DNA of 64,000 nucleotides from an uncultured Planctomycetales bacterium (GTDB lineage Bacteria; Omnitrophota; Gorgyraeia; Zapsychrales; JANLHA01): the NCBI GenBank assembly GCA_964489065.1, contig CAZAXH010000001.1, forward strand, positions 374,358 to 438,357, written 5' to 3'. The position numbers and the translations under genes were made by a program. Below, in pieces: positions 10,645 through 21,920 of this stretch (positions are counted from its first letter, which is position 1; the number at the start of each line of letters is the position of its first letter). Under the pieces are notes generated by a model. That model was not told the origin of the DNA and made no database searches. It saw only the letters and a list, made by a program, of their open reading frames with translations.

Positions 10645-11571
10645 TTAAAAATCCGGGTTATCAACGAGTACGCGGGCCCCAAGCAGACCAGCATCATCCC
10701 CCAAATGGGCCCTCTTGATCTTAAACATCTCGCCCTGAACGGTCATCGCCCGGGCCCGAATCGTGTCAGAGATTGTTTTAAACAAAAACCGGTGAGCGTT
10801 TGCCACCCCTCCCCCGATAATGATCATCTTCGGATTAAGCAAATTAACGACTCCGGTTAAAGCATCCCCGATCATAACCGCCGTTTCGCGCCAAAACGCG
10901 AGGGCCTTCGGGTCTTTGCAGGAGGCCAAGCAGGAAACCTGTTCCAGGGTCATCGTTTTGTCCCGAAAGAGCTTCCTGGCGTTTTTCAGCAAAACGGTGT
11001 TCCCTACATAACGCTCGAAGCAGGCATATCCTCCGCAATTGCACGGGGGCCCTTTCCTTCCAAGCGGCATGTGCCCGATCTCTCCTGCCGCAAAACCCTC
11101 CCCCCGGTATAAGCGGTTATCCAAAATCAAACCGCTGCCGACACCCGTGCCCAACGTCATGCACACCAGATTCCGGCAACCGATTCCGGCGCCATATTTC
11201 CACTCGCCCAACGTAATCAGGTTCACATCATTCTCGATGCGTGCCGGCAGGCCCAACGTATCTTCCATCATGCGTTTCAAAGGAACATTCCGCCATCCGG
11301 GGATATTCGGCAAGATTTTCACCACCCCTTTTTCGGTGTCGATCAATCCCGGCAGGCCCATACCTACGCCCAGAATATCAGCCCGGCCACCCGGGCTCTT
11401 CTGAATAAGGCTCAAAACAGTATCCACAATAGCCGAAAACAGCAAACTCTTTTTTGATATATACTTACGGGTCTCCACGCGGGCTCTTGCAAGGATCTGT
11501 CCCTGCATATCAACAAGGCCGCATTTCGTGTTTGTACCGCCGACGTCAATTCCTATAATAATCTTATTCAT
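10645..11571 (-). CDS. ROK family sugar kinase (glucokinase-like)
   Basis: GIDVGGTNTKCGLV ATP-binding start, zinc motif CNCGGYAC typical of ROK kinases; 308 aa. Confidence 0.8.
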   Translation of the reverse strand: MNKIIIGIDVGGTNTKCGLVDMQGQILARARVETRKYISKKSLLFSAIVDTVLSLIQKSPGGRADILGVGMGLPGLIDTEKGVVKILPNIPGWRNVPLKRMMEDTLGLPARIENDVNLITLGEWKYGAGIGCRNLVCMTLGTGVGSGLILDNRLYRGEGFAAGEIGHMPLGRKGPPCNCGGYACFERYVGNTVLLKNARKLFRDKTMTLEQVSCLASCKDPKALAFWRETAVMIGDALTGVVNLLNPKMIIIGGGVANAHRFLFKTISDTIRARAMTVQGEMFKIKRAHLGDDAGLLGARVLVDNPDF

Positions 11572-11762
11572 AGTAATATTTTATAATAAGAAAAATTGCC
11601 TTCATTCTACACGATTTCTAAAAGGGATTCAAGGTGAAAAGCAAGGAAGGATAAATATCTCCGTGCCGATTATCCCTGGCAAACCAGGCGGGACAACCGG
11701 AAAAGGCGGCACCGAAAGACAAGGCCCCCGGCCAAATAACCGGAACCCGAGACTTTTCCGCG

Positions 11763-12806
11763 TCACTCTTTTTCATCATAAATCCCGAAAACACAAACCT
11801 TGTTCCGCCCCATTTTCTTGGCCCGGTAAAGCGCCCAGTCCGCCTTGTCGATCAACTCCGGCACGTTCTTCCCATCGGCCGGATAACAAGCAACACCGAT
11901 GCTGACCGTTAATCGTACTTTTGTATCATACGCTTTGACCACTGTTTTTTCAACCGCCTGCCGCATACGTTCCGCCACATATTGCGCCCCGCTGCCATCC
12001 GCATCCGGAAGCACCACACAAAATTCCTCCCCCCCATACCGTCCGACAATATCAATCTCACGGATATTCTCCTGAATAATCCCGGCCACATTTCTTAATA
12101 TCTGATCTCCGGTCAAATGTCCGTATTGATCATTAAAGTGTTTAAAATAATCCACATCAATCATCAGGAACGCAATCGGGATCTTCTGCGTACGAGCCCG
12201 GAGAAGCTCCTCCCGAAACCGCTCCAAAATATACCGGCGCGTATGCACCCCGGTTAAACTGTCTGTTATGGCCAGGGACTCCACCTGCCGGTACAAACGG
12301 TCCCGCCGAATCACCATGGCTAACTGATGCGCCAGGATTGTCGCTTTTTCAAGCCCTTCCGTAGAACATCCTTTAAGAAGCAAATACCCCAAAAGCTGCT
12401 GCTGAGCCATCAGGGGGATAACGGACACGCCTGGTGTTTCCCGGATATGATTCATATCTTCCGCCTCCGGGAGCACAAACCGGCAATCTTCGCAAGGGAC
12501 ACTGTCCGACAATTTACCCTTAAAAATACGGATGGAATCCTCTTCGCTGAAATTCTTGGTCAGCTCCTTCGTCATATCATACAAAGTAAAAATCTCCTGG
12601 GCTTCCTCGGCAAAATTCACTTTTTCCTCATCAATCTCCCTCTTTTTCTGCTGCAAAGAATTGAAATAACGCCGGGCTTCCAGGACATCGATCGTGCATT
12701 TATGCTGAAAAGACTCATGCATACGCCGCAGGACGAACAAAACAAAGGCAAAATATACCACGGCAGAAAACGACTCTATGTAAGTAAAAGGCATCATCAC
12801 GATCAC
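11763..12806 (-). CDS. Membrane-anchored diguanylate cyclase (GGDEF domain, with RxxD I-site)
   Basis: N-terminal TM helix; C-terminal GGDEF domain with REIDIVGRYGGEEFCVVLPD (I-site RxxD plus GGEEF active site). Confidence 0.85.
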   Translation of the reverse strand: MIVMMPFTYIESFSAVVYFAFVLFVLRRMHESFQHKCTIDVLEARRYFNSLQQKKREIDEEKVNFAEEAQEIFTLYDMTKELTKNFSEEDSIRIFKGKLSDSVPCEDCRFVLPEAEDMNHIRETPGVSVIPLMAQQQLLGYLLLKGCSTEGLEKATILAHQLAMVIRRDRLYRQVESLAITDSLTGVHTRRYILERFREELLRARTQKIPIAFLMIDVDYFKHFNDQYGHLTGDQILRNVAGIIQENIREIDIVGRYGGEEFCVVLPDADGSGAQYVAERMRQAVEKTVVKAYDTKVRLTVSIGVACYPADGKNVPELIDKADWALYRAKKMGRNKVCVFGIYDEKE

Positions 12807-12821
12807 CTCGATCCACAGAAT

Positions 12822-14123
12822 TTAAAGGGCCGAAGGGCAAACACGGTTCCGTCCCAGGGCCTTGGCCCTATACATGGCCATATCCGCCTTCCCCACAAGG
12901 TCTTCCTTCAGTTGAGCGTCATCCGGGAATGTTGCCACGCCAATGGAAACCGTCATATGGGTTTTTTCCCGGCGCAACACGACCGGATGATTTTGAACCC
13001 TTTCCCGGAATGTCTCCGCTAAAGCCACCGCTTCGTCCTTCGGGCAATCAGGCAACAGCACCGCGAACTCCTCCCCGCCATACCGGCAGATAAAATACTT
13101 CGGCGAGGCAAAAATCTCCCTCAAAATCTGACCTATCGTTTTCAGCACAATGTCCCCGGCCGGGTGGCCGTAGCGGTCATTATATTGTTTGAATTCATCG
13201 AGGTCCACCATCAGAAACGAAAGCGGTTGCTGGCGCTTCAGTTGCCTGGATATCTCCTGTCCGATCCTATCCAAAAAATGCCGCCGCAAAAACAACCCTG
13301 TCAGGCTGTCCCGGATGGCCAAGTCTTCAATCCGTTCATACAACTGGGCGTTTTCAACCGCCATGGCCCCCAGGTCTGCGATCGTGTTCAGTAGCCGGAC
13401 ATCCTCCGTCGTAAAATAATTCTCACGCGTGCTGTCCACCCGTAAAATACCGACCGCTTTGGCCCCCAGGCACAGCGGGACGCTCATCAAAGACCGGACC
13501 GCCCGGGAACGGTCTCCTTCCAGTTTATCCGCATCAAACCTGAAATCTGTCCTGGTATCCTCGATCAACAACGGCTTTAAAGTCTTAACAACCCACTGGT
13601 CATAGAGATCGCCTTTTTTCGCTTCAATGTTAACGCTCATTTCGCCTTTTTGAGAGGACGACAGGCCTAATTCACCGGTTCGGGAATGAAAAAGATACAA
13701 AATAACAGTCGCGTCCTTGTCTCCGAAAAATTTATTAACTTCCGAAGAGAGGACCGAGGATGTTTCCTGCAACGTAAAGCTGACACATAATTTCTCGGTA
13801 AGCCCCTTCAACTGGGAATAGTTCAGGATCTTCTTGCAATAAGATTCAATACTGATCCATTCCCGGTTCATGTCCTCCTCCAGAAGATTAGCCTTCTCCG
13901 TCATGTCCTGTTTCTGAAGGTCAACACTGGCGCGGCGATGCGTCATGTCTTGGTAAATGTAGAAGAGATACAGCAGGCTTGCCAACAGGCCCGCAACCAG
14001 GAGGTAAAAGAAAGCGGGATGATACAGAGCAGCATAGACAAAAAAACCTATAAGAGGCAGGGATACTGAGGTAAGATAAAAAAACCGTTGATTATATAAT
14101 TGTTTCTTCAGTGTCCTTATCAA
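12822..14123 (-). CDS. Membrane-anchored GAF-GGDEF diguanylate cyclase
   Basis: Two N-terminal TM helices, central GAF-like region, C-terminal RYGGEEFAVLLPD GGDEF active site; tandem with the preceding GGDEF gene. Confidence 0.85.
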   Translation of the reverse strand: MIRTLKKQLYNQRFFYLTSVSLPLIGFFVYAALYHPAFFYLLVAGLLASLLYLFYIYQDMTHRRASVDLQKQDMTEKANLLEEDMNREWISIESYCKKILNYSQLKGLTEKLCVSFTLQETSSVLSSEVNKFFGDKDATVILYLFHSRTGELGLSSSQKGEMSVNIEAKKGDLYDQWVVKTLKPLLIEDTRTDFRFDADKLEGDRSRAVRSLMSVPLCLGAKAVGILRVDSTRENYFTTEDVRLLNTIADLGAMAVENAQLYERIEDLAIRDSLTGLFLRRHFLDRIGQEISRQLKRQQPLSFLMVDLDEFKQYNDRYGHPAGDIVLKTIGQILREIFASPKYFICRYGGEEFAVLLPDCPKDEAVALAETFRERVQNHPVVLRREKTHMTVSIGVATFPDDAQLKEDLVGKADMAMYRAKALGRNRVCPSAL

Positions 14124-15195
14124 AAAAGTGCACCTTGCTCATATCAAAAACCAGATCCATATCACGGTTGACCTCTGGGCGGTCATGAGCGCCGACCCGG
14201 GCGAGAAACGTATTTTTCCCGGAATTAAGATACAAATACACTTCCGAGCCCATCGGTTCAACCACTTCACAGGTTGCCTTGATCGTGTTCTCGGGAGACG
14301 CTTCAGATACAAACAGTTTATCATAAATATCTTCCGCCCGTATCCCGAAAACAACATTTTTGCCCTGATACGGAGCGATAGACTTATGCATCTCTTCCAC
14401 AATTTTAATATGGAACTTCCCTTCGTCAAAATAATACCGGCGATCCTTTTTGATAATACGGCCTTCCATCAAATTAATCGGCGGCGACCCGATGAAACTG
14501 GCCACAAATTTATTGGCCGGTTTGTCATAAATCGTTATCGGATCCGCGCACTGCTGAATTTTACCTTTACGCATAACGGCAATCCGGTCCCCCAGGGTCA
14601 TGGCTTCAACCTGATCATGCGTGACATAAACAAACGTGGTCTGCAGCCGCATCCGCAGCTTATGTATTTCCGTGCGCATCAAAACCCGCATTTTGGCGTC
14701 TAAGTTGCTAAGAGGTTCGTCAAACAAAAACACTTCCGGCTTACGGACAATCGCCCGGCCCAAGGCCACGCGCTGCCGCTCCCCGCCGGAAAGCTGGCGC
14801 GGCTTGCGTTCCAGATAGGTTTTGATCCCTAATATTTCCGCCGCTTCGTGAACCCGGCGGGTAATTTCAGTCTTGGGATATTTTCTTAACCGGAGGCCAA
14901 AAGCCATATTTTCAAAAACCGTCATATGCGGATAAAGGGCATAATTCTGAAAAACCATAGCAATATTGCGGTCTTTCGCCGGGACATCATTGACAAGCCG
15001 GTCTCCAATCCAAATATTCCCTTCAGAGATATCTTCCAGTCCCGCGATCATCCGCAGGGTCGTGGACTTCCCGCATCCCGAAGGCCCCACCAGAACAAGA
15101 AACTCCTTGTTTTCGATACCCAGGGAAACATTATCAACGGCTTTGACCCCGCCTTTATATATTTTGCTAACATCTTTAATGCTAATCTGTGCCAT
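14092..15195 (-). CDS. Sugar ABC transporter ATP-binding protein (MalK/MsmX/UgpC type), orphan
   Basis: Walker A GPSGCGKST, ABC signature LSGGERQRVALGRA, Walker B VFLFDEPLSNLD, C-terminal TOBE/MalK regulatory domain; no permease or SBP genes adjacent; 3' end overlaps the GGDEF gene start by ~32 nt. Confidence 0.85.
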   Translation of the reverse strand: MAQISIKDVSKIYKGGVKAVDNVSLGIENKEFLVLVGPSGCGKSTTLRMIAGLEDISEGNIWIGDRLVNDVPAKDRNIAMVFQNYALYPHMTVFENMAFGLRLRKYPKTEITRRVHEAAEILGIKTYLERKPRQLSGGERQRVALGRAIVRKPEVFLFDEPLSNLDAKMRVLMRTEIHKLRMRLQTTFVYVTHDQVEAMTLGDRIAVMRKGKIQQCADPITIYDKPANKFVASFIGSPPINLMEGRIIKKDRRYYFDEGKFHIKIVEEMHKSIAPYQGKNVVFGIRAEDIYDKLFVSEASPENTIKATCEVVEPMGSEVYLYLNSGKNTFLARVGAHDRPEVNRDMDLVFDMSKVHFFDKDTEETII

Positions 15196-15276
15196 GACAT
15201 AATCCTTTTAAGTTAAAGACGTGGTTCCTATTCTATTAAAAAAAATAAAATCTTGCAACTTTTTATTTTAGAAGAG

Positions 15277-16125
15277 TTAAGAATCATTCCGGCAGTACTG
15301 AATCAACTGGGTCAGAACCTGTTTCATATCTTTGCGGTCGGTAATCATATCAATCAACCCGTGTTCCAAAAGAAATTCCGATCGCTGAAATCCCTCAGGA
15401 AGTTTTTGCCGAATTGTCTGCTCAATAACTCTGGGGCCGGTAAACCCTATCAGGGCCTTAGGTTCCGCTATAATAACATCGCCGATCCCCGCGAAAGAGG
15501 CCATTATTCCTGCCATCGTCGGGTTCGTCAGCACGGAGACATACAACAAACCCGCTTCATGATGCTTCGCCAGGGCCGCGCAGGTCTTGGCCATCTGCAT
15601 CAAAGAATACAGTCCTTCATACATCCTGGCCCCGCCGCCGGAACCGGACACAATAACCACTGGCAGTCGCTGGCGCGTGCCATACTCAATCGCGCGCGTA
15701 ATCCGTTCTCCCACCACCGACCCCATGGACCCCATGATAAAACGGGAATCGGTCACGCAAAGAACCAGAGGTTGCCCGTTCATATCTCCGGTCCCCGTAA
15801 TCACGGCGTCTTTAAGGCCCGTGCTCTTAGTATCGCTCGCCAGCTTTTCCAAATAGGTCTTGGGTCCCTTGAATTCTAAGGGGTCCATGGAAAGAAGCTG
15901 CGAGTCAAATTCCTGAAATGTTCCGGTGTCTGTTAAAAGATCTATACGTTGCTGAGCTGTTAGAGGGAAATGGTGGCGACATTTTGGGCACACGTTCAAA
16001 TTATCCTGAAGGGCTTTGACATAGGTAGGAGACTGGCATTCCGGGCATTTCGACCAAATCCCTTCCGGAATATTTTTTTTCTTCACACTGATGAGAGTGT
16101 ATCGCTTTTTGCCGAACAAGGACAT
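15277..16125 (-). CDS. accD: Acetyl-CoA carboxylase carboxyltransferase subunit beta
   Basis: N-terminal zinc ribbon CPECQSPTYVKALQDNLNVCPKCRHH, carboxyltransferase domain; the likely start is the internal ATG (MSLFGKKRY...) and the track ORF begins 7 codons upstream at an alternative start. Confidence 0.85.
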   Translation of the reverse strand: MSLFGKKRYTLISVKKKNIPEGIWSKCPECQSPTYVKALQDNLNVCPKCRHHFPLTAQQRIDLLTDTGTFQEFDSQLLSMDPLEFKGPKTYLEKLASDTKSTGLKDAVITGTGDMNGQPLVLCVTDSRFIMGSMGSVVGERITRAIEYGTRQRLPVVIVSGSGGGARMYEGLYSLMQMAKTCAALAKHHEAGLLYVSVLTNPTMAGIMASFAGIGDVIIAEPKALIGFTGPRVIEQTIRQKLPEGFQRSEFLLEHGLIDMITDRKDMKQVLTQLIQYCRNDS

Positions 16126-16151
16126 AATATCTGCTCTGCTTCCCACATCAA

Positions 16152-17417
16152 TTAATGAATTTTATGGATCGTTAGCCCGGACAGCACTTTGGGGTAGAAA
16201 TACGTTGTTTTAGGAGGCATTTTTTCGCCCTGAAGCGCAATAGCTTTCAGTTGCTGAATCTTAACCGGATTCATAATAAAACTCGCCTCGGCCAGCCTCG
16301 CATCCACATCATGAGTCGCGCGGGCCAGATCATGGGTGTACACAATATCTTCCGAAGCCACTCCCGCCCGGTCAAGTATAAAATGCTTTAGGATCGTGGC
16401 GTCCAAACGGCGGAATTCCTCGGACCCGTCCTGAATATATTTATCGATAAGCGACGGATTCCTCAAACGTAACAACCTGATGTTGTCGGCGGTATACAAA
16501 CCGAACGCATGTTCATTCTTCCCGGCTTTCGCCAGTCGGATACTCAAATCTTCCTTAGTCTTGAATTTGTCAATGCGAAACAGTTCTTCCAGGCATTCTG
16601 TTTTCAGGGATATTTTTTTGATAATCCGATGCATCGGAAAAATTTTCAGATCCCGGGAACCGATATCCGTTAAATACGTCATCACGAAATTAAAAGGCTC
16701 TTCCCCGGTATAATGCGGCACCTTTTCCCTCATTTGCTTCCGCAGCTCTTTCGCCACCTCATAACGATGATGGCCGTCAGCGATAAACAACGGCTGGCCC
16801 GACAAGGCCTCAACGATCTTCTGAACTAGGCCGGGTTCGCTCAACCGCCATACCGTATGATGAACGCCATCGTCATCTTCAACGTCAATCATCGGTTCAG
16901 TAGAAGCCACTTTCTCGAGAAAAATTGTGTTGACTCTTTTTGTTCTATCGGAAAAACACACAAAAATCGGGCTAAGATTTGCTGAGAGGCTCTTCCACAG
17001 CTTCAAACGGTCTTCTTTGGCTTTCGAATGGGTATTTTCGTGCGGGAATATCTTGGCGTCCTGGTCATCATGGATTCTCATCAGGGCAATAAAACCCAGC
17101 CGGCTGTGTTTTTCCCCCATGACTCTATATTCTTGCTTATAATAATAAATACTGGGGTGCTCATCTTCAATCAAAATGCCGTCCTGTTGCCATTGCTGAA
17201 AAAGGTCCTTCGCCCGGCTGTATTTATTGGAATTCCGATCGTCCTCCGGTTGGTCCTTCCCCAGGATAATGCGGACAAAATTGTACTCACTTTCGTTACA
17301 ATACGCTGTCTGTTGTTCCGGGGAAATCACATCATAAGGCGGGCATACGACTTTTGATAAATCCCCCAATTTTATTTTGTTGTAATAAAGGGCTTTAAAA
17401 GGTTGTATTTCACTCAT
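16152..17417 (-). CDS. DUF1015 family protein
   Basis: 421 aa; N-terminal FKALYYN and central IADGHHRYE motifs characteristic of the DUF1015 family. Confidence 0.7.
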   Translation of the reverse strand: MSEIQPFKALYYNKIKLGDLSKVVCPPYDVISPEQQTAYCNESEYNFVRIILGKDQPEDDRNSNKYSRAKDLFQQWQQDGILIEDEHPSIYYYKQEYRVMGEKHSRLGFIALMRIHDDQDAKIFPHENTHSKAKEDRLKLWKSLSANLSPIFVCFSDRTKRVNTIFLEKVASTEPMIDVEDDDGVHHTVWRLSEPGLVQKIVEALSGQPLFIADGHHRYEVAKELRKQMREKVPHYTGEEPFNFVMTYLTDIGSRDLKIFPMHRIIKKISLKTECLEELFRIDKFKTKEDLSIRLAKAGKNEHAFGLYTADNIRLLRLRNPSLIDKYIQDGSEEFRRLDATILKHFILDRAGVASEDIVYTHDLARATHDVDARLAEASFIMNPVKIQQLKAIALQGEKMPPKTTYFYPKVLSGLTIHKIH

Positions 17418-17741
17418 AGGTATTTAAAAAACATCCTTCTTAAAAGGAGCATCTCCTTTCTTCCATTTAAATAGAGATACCGCTTGTTTTTTTTAGCAGA
17501 ACTAACATGTCATAATAGCAAAATAACGCCTTTATGGGAATTGATTTCTATGAAATTTCGTTGTCGTTGCTTATGGAAAAAATTGTTACCGGATGCAATA
17601 GGCCAGCCCTGTTTATACACCAGGGGATTAAGTGGAAACATGGGGGAGCCATGGGATCAGCGGTGGGCCATCCCATCATAACATATTATCATTCTTGGAG
17701 TTAAGAGAATATCGTCCTTTCTCCACCAAATTCCAAAAAGG

Positions 17742-18002
17742 CTAGCAGGCTCCATCGCACGGACAGGAACACGAAGAGGTTTTTCCGCCCTCAACCGGAC
17801 ATTTTTTTTGGGCGGGTTGCCGCTTATAATCCGTTTCAAAAAAGCCGTTTCCCTTGAAAATAATTCCGCTGCCGGCTCCAATCAAGCGCTGGAGGGAGTC
17901 TTGCCCGCATTGAGGACACCGCGTCAGCTTAGCATCGGTAATCGCCTGCATGATTTCCATCCGTTCTCCACAATGGGCGCATTCATACTGGTACGTTGGC
18001 AT
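17742..18002 (-). CDS. FmdB-family zinc-ribbon protein
   Basis: 86 aa; MPTYQYECAHCGE...RCPQCG CxxC pairs typical of the FmdB putative regulatory zinc ribbon; Cys-rich C-terminus; lies at the end of the dnaJ operon. Confidence 0.6.
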   Translation of the reverse strand: MPTYQYECAHCGERMEIMQAITDAKLTRCPQCGQDSLQRLIGAGSGIIFKGNGFFETDYKRQPAQKKCPVEGGKTSSCSCPCDGAC

Positions 18003-18018
18003 AATTTTTCACCTCATG

Positions 18019-19170
18019 TTATTTAAACACGCTTTTAATTTTTTCCTTTAATGAATCATTTCCCTTGGGCATATCATGCCCGCTTATGCGCGCGTACTCT
18101 TCCAGTAAACGACGCTGCTCCGCGTTCAAACGAGTCGGGACCTGAATCATCACCTTGACAAACTGGTCTCCCGGCGACCCGCCATGCACATCAGGCATGC
18201 CTTTTCCCTTTAAACGAAAAATCTTGCCGCTCTGCGTCCCCGCTGGAATTTTCATCACGACCTGGCCATTCAGGGTCGGCACGTCCTCTTCTCCCCCGAG
18301 GGCTGCGGTCACGAAGCTGATAGGGAGCTGGCAATAAATATCCCGACCGTCTCTTTCAAAATCCGGGTGCGGCTTAACGGCAATATATAAATAAAGATCT
18401 CCCGCCCCGGCACTGCCCACCTCTCCTTCTCCACGCACCCGCAAACGGCTGTCATTATCCACACCCGCAGGGATATTAACATCAATGTTTCTTGTGACGC
18501 GGATCGTCGTGCGCCCCTGGCATTGCGGGCAGACCGTTTCAATGATTTTCCCCTGCCCCCGGCAGGTGCCGCATGTTTGGGCCATACGGAAAAAACCGCT
18601 GGTCATAAACACCTGGCCCTGGCCACCGCAGGTCGGGCAGGATTTAGGCTGCGTTCCTGGCTTGGCGCCGCTGCCGTTACAATGCGTACAAATTTCTTCC
18701 CGGGGAACCTGAATTTTTTTATGAACACCGCTAAAGGCCTCCTCAAGGGAAATATTCACTTCGTACTGGATATCCCGGCCCCGCCTGGCCCGCCCCCGGC
18801 GGCCCCCAGATCCCGCCCCCCCGAAAATATCTCCAAAAAGGGACTCCCCGAAAAACTGGCCGAAAACATCACCCAGCCCACCTTCGCCAAAAATACTGCT
18901 AAAGTCCGCGCCGCGGAAAATATCTTCAGTGGTGTACCGCTGGTCAATCCCCGCATGGCCATACTGATCATACATCTGCCGTTTCTGCGGATCGGACAAA
19001 ACCGCGTAGGCCTCGGAAATTTCCTTGAATTTTTCTTCGGCCTCTTTTTTCTTTTCCTGCGGCACGCGGTCCGGATGGTTCCGCAACGCCAATGACCGGT
19101 AAGCCTTCTTCACCTGTTGAGGGCTGGCATCTTTGGGTATTCCAAGAATTTCATAATAATCTTTTTTCAT
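18019..19170 (-). CDS. dnaJ: Molecular chaperone DnaJ
   Basis: J-domain with HPD ([12 protein letters not shown]), G/F-rich linker, four CxxCxG zinc-finger repeats, C-terminal domains; likely start at the internal [14 protein letters not shown] with a GAGG RBS, and the track ORF begins 7 codons upstream. Confidence 0.9.
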   Translation of the reverse strand: MKKDYYEILGIPKDASPQQVKKAYRSLALRNHPDRVPQEKKKEAEEKFKEISEAYAVLSDPQKRQMYDQYGHAGIDQRYTTEDIFRGADFSSIFGEGGLGDVFGQFFGESLFGDIFGGAGSGGRRGRARRGRDIQYEVNISLEEAFSGVHKKIQVPREEICTHCNGSGAKPGTQPKSCPTCGGQGQVFMTSGFFRMAQTCGTCRGQGKIIETVCPQCQGRTTIRVTRNIDVNIPAGVDNDSRLRVRGEGEVGSAGAGDLYLYIAVKPHPDFERDGRDIYCQLPISFVTAALGGEEDVPTLNGQVVMKIPAGTQSGKIFRLKGKGMPDVHGGSPGDQFVKVMIQVPTRLNAEQRRLLEEYARISGHDMPKGNDSLKEKIKSVFK

Positions 19171-19294
19171 AATAACCTCAAAATAATTCACGGGAGAACC
19201 GCTGAGACGCCAAAAGCAAAACGCCTTCTTCCCTAATAAAATAACTCAAAAAACTCTCTAAGCAACCCCGGCAAGATCAAAACCGGCACACGCT

Positions 19295-21223
19295 TTATTT
19301 GCTATCATCTTCCGCTTTAAAATCAGCATCAATGACATCATCCTTGCTCCCGCCAGCAGACCCCTCTTTTTGAGAAGAACCGCCCTGGCCCCGGGGCTTC
19401 GCTTCAGGCTGGGGCTCCTCCGTCCCTTGAGCCGCCTGCTGGGACGCCGTGGCCTTATAAATTTCTTCCGCCAGCTTATGACTCACCTTCTGCAAGGATT
19501 CCATCCCCGCCTTGATTTTCTCCAAGTCGTGACTCTTCACGGATTCCTTAAGCCGGCCAATTTCCTTTTCAATATTCTCCTTATCCCCGGCCGGAATTTT
19601 CTCGCCGTAATCCTTCAAAGACTTCTCCGTCGAATAAATCAGGCTGTTCGCCTGATTGACCACCTCGACCTCTTCTTTCTTCTTCTTGTCTTCTCCCGCG
19701 TACTTCTCGGCTTCTTTGACCATGCGGTCGATCTCGTCCTCTGATAATTTCGTCGGGGCGGTAATCCGGATCGACTGTTCCTTACCGGTGCCTTTATCCT
19801 TGGCCGACACGTGAACGATCCCGTCCGTATCAATGTCAAACGTCACTTCCACCTGAGGCACCCCTCGGGGAGCCGGAGGTATCCCGACCAGATCAAAACG
19901 GCCCAGTTCCGTATTATCATTGGCCATCTGCCGTTCTCCCTGCAGGACGCGAATGGTGACCGCCGGCTGATTATCTTCCGCCGTAGAAAAAACCTGGCTC
20001 TTTTTCGTAGGGATGGTGGTGTTACGTTCAATCAGTTTCGTAAAAACGCCCCCCAGGGTTTCAATCCCCAGCGAAAGGGGCGTCACGTCCAATAACAACA
20101 CTTCCTTAGCCTCGCCTCTCACAATACCTGCCTGGATCGCCGCGCCCAAAGCCACGCATTCCATCGGATCAATCCCACGCTCGATCTTCTGGCCCACTTC
20201 TTTCTCAACGAACTGCTGAATGATCGGCATACGGGTCGGTCCACCGACAAGGATAATCCGGTCAATTTTCACCTGTTCCCCCAGCTTGCCGCTGGCATCC
20301 TTAAGCGCCTGGATAATAGGACCGCGGCAGCGCTCAACGATGCTGCTGATCAGGCTCTCGAGCTTCGCCCGCTCAATGGTCATGTTCAAATGTTTCGGGC
20401 CTGTCTGATCCGCCGTGATGAACGGCAAATTGATATCCGTAGAAATCGTGCTGGACAACTCGACCTTGGCTTTTTCCGCCGCTTCCCGCAGCCGCTGAAA
20501 AGCCATCTTATCTTTGCCCAGATCAATCCCGGATTCCTTCTTAAATTCTCCCGTAATATAGTCAATAAGCAGGTTATCCATGTCCGTCCCGCCCAGATTG
20601 TTATCTCCGCTGGTGGACAAAACCTCGAACGTCGCGGCCTTGCTCTCTTCATCCCACCCCATCTCCAGCACCGTAACATCCAGCGTTCCTCCGCCGAAAT
20701 CAAAGACCATGATCTTCTGCTCTTTACCGGCTTTATCCAGGCCGTACGCCAGGCAGGCTGCTGTAGGCTCATTAATGATCCGCAGTACTTTCAGACCGGC
20801 GATTTCCCCGGCATCCTTCGTAGCTTGACGCTGATTATCATTAAAGTACGCCGGAACGGTGATCACCGCTTCTTCAACAGGTTCACCAAGATATTTCTCG
20901 GCATCGACCTTAATTTTCTGCAGGATAAACGCGCTGATCTGCTGGGCGGTAAACTCTTTATCCCACACCTTAAATTTATGATTGGTCCCCATTTTGCGTT
21001 TGGCCGCGTAAATCGTCCCCTCTGAATTAATCGGAGCCTGCCGCCGGGCAGGTTCGCCCACCAGCCGCTGACCTTCTTTCGTGAATGCGACAAAAGACGG
21101 GAACGCTTTGCCCGAGGCCACCCCGGCCCCCTCCGCAGATGGGATAATCGCCGGACGCCCACCTTCCAAAACGGCTGCCGCCGAATTAGATGTACCCAAA
21201 TCAATTCCAATTGCTTTTGCCAT
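19295..21223 (-). CDS. dnaK: Molecular chaperone DnaK (Hsp70)
   Basis: [19 protein letters not shown] and [11 protein letters not shown] Hsp70 signatures; 642 aa with an acidic C-terminal tail. Confidence 0.95.
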   Translation of the reverse strand: MAKAIGIDLGTSNSAAAVLEGGRPAIIPSAEGAGVASGKAFPSFVAFTKEGQRLVGEPARRQAPINSEGTIYAAKRKMGTNHKFKVWDKEFTAQQISAFILQKIKVDAEKYLGEPVEEAVITVPAYFNDNQRQATKDAGEIAGLKVLRIINEPTAACLAYGLDKAGKEQKIMVFDFGGGTLDVTVLEMGWDEESKAATFEVLSTSGDNNLGGTDMDNLLIDYITGEFKKESGIDLGKDKMAFQRLREAAEKAKVELSSTISTDINLPFITADQTGPKHLNMTIERAKLESLISSIVERCRGPIIQALKDASGKLGEQVKIDRIILVGGPTRMPIIQQFVEKEVGQKIERGIDPMECVALGAAIQAGIVRGEAKEVLLLDVTPLSLGIETLGGVFTKLIERNTTIPTKKSQVFSTAEDNQPAVTIRVLQGERQMANDNTELGRFDLVGIPPAPRGVPQVEVTFDIDTDGIVHVSAKDKGTGKEQSIRITAPTKLSEDEIDRMVKEAEKYAGEDKKKKEEVEVVNQANSLIYSTEKSLKDYGEKIPAGDKENIEKEIGRLKESVKSHDLEKIKAGMESLQKVSHKLAEEIYKATASQQAAQGTEEPQPEAKPRGQGGSSQKEGSAGGSKDDVIDADFKAEDDSK

Positions 21224-21240
21224 AATATCGTCCCTCCGTA

Positions 21241-21900
21241 TTACGTTAAATCTTCGTTATTTTCTGAAATCTTCCCTTCGGCCTCTTCCGCCGGCCGCTC
21301 TTCCGGAACATCCGGCCGGGCGGTTTTTTCGACCGCAACCTTAACCTTGGCGGTCCGGATCACCCGGTCCCCCAAGGAATACCCTTTTTGAAATTCCTCA
21401 ACCACCTGAACGCCTTTCACCTCATCGCTTTCCACCTGCATAAGGATTTCATGGTAATGCGGGTCGAATTTCTGGCCAACCGCTTCCATCGGCTTGACGG
21501 AATAATTCTTTAACATATCCCGCACCCTGGCCATAACCATTTCGACCCCTTTAAGAAAGGCTTTATAATCCTGATGCTGCGCACGCGCCGCGTCAACGGT
21601 CCGGTCCAGGTCATCGAGGATCGACAGAAAATCAACAAGAAGCCGCTCATTGGCATATTTCACATACTCGATCCGCTCCCTTTCATACCGTTTACGCGTA
21701 TTTTCAAATTCCGCGCAAAGGCGGATATATTTGTCCCGAGTCTCCTGCAGCTGCGCCTTTAACAACGCGCTGTTATCCGCCGCTGCCGCTTCTATTTTCG
21801 TATCTTGCGCTGTTTCCCCTTGGGCCTTTTCAGGGGACGGGTTTTCCTGACCTACAGGGTGATCAGCCGAAGCTTGACTTTTCTTTTTATTTTCAAACAT
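21241..21900 (-). CDS. grpE: Nucleotide exchange factor GrpE
   Basis: Coiled-coil region and C-terminal beta-domain; GrpE-typical [16 protein letters not shown] motif; likely ATG start at MFENKKK, and the track start at 21924 is a GTG overlapping the hrcA stop. Confidence 0.85.
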   Translation of the reverse strand: MFENKKKSQASADHPVGQENPSPEKAQGETAQDTKIEAAAADNSALLKAQLQETRDKYIRLCAEFENTRKRYERERIEYVKYANERLLVDFLSILDDLDRTVDAARAQHQDYKAFLKGVEMVMARVRDMLKNYSVKPMEAVGQKFDPHYHEILMQVESDEVKGVQVVEEFQKGYSLGDRVIRTAKVKVAVEKTARPDVPEERPAEEAEGKISENNEDLT

Positions 21901-21920
21901 ATTTCCAATCCCTTTAGAAA

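Noticed and set aside
15253-15879. 208-aa plus-strand ORF
   Set aside because: Antisense to accD, which has strong family motifs.
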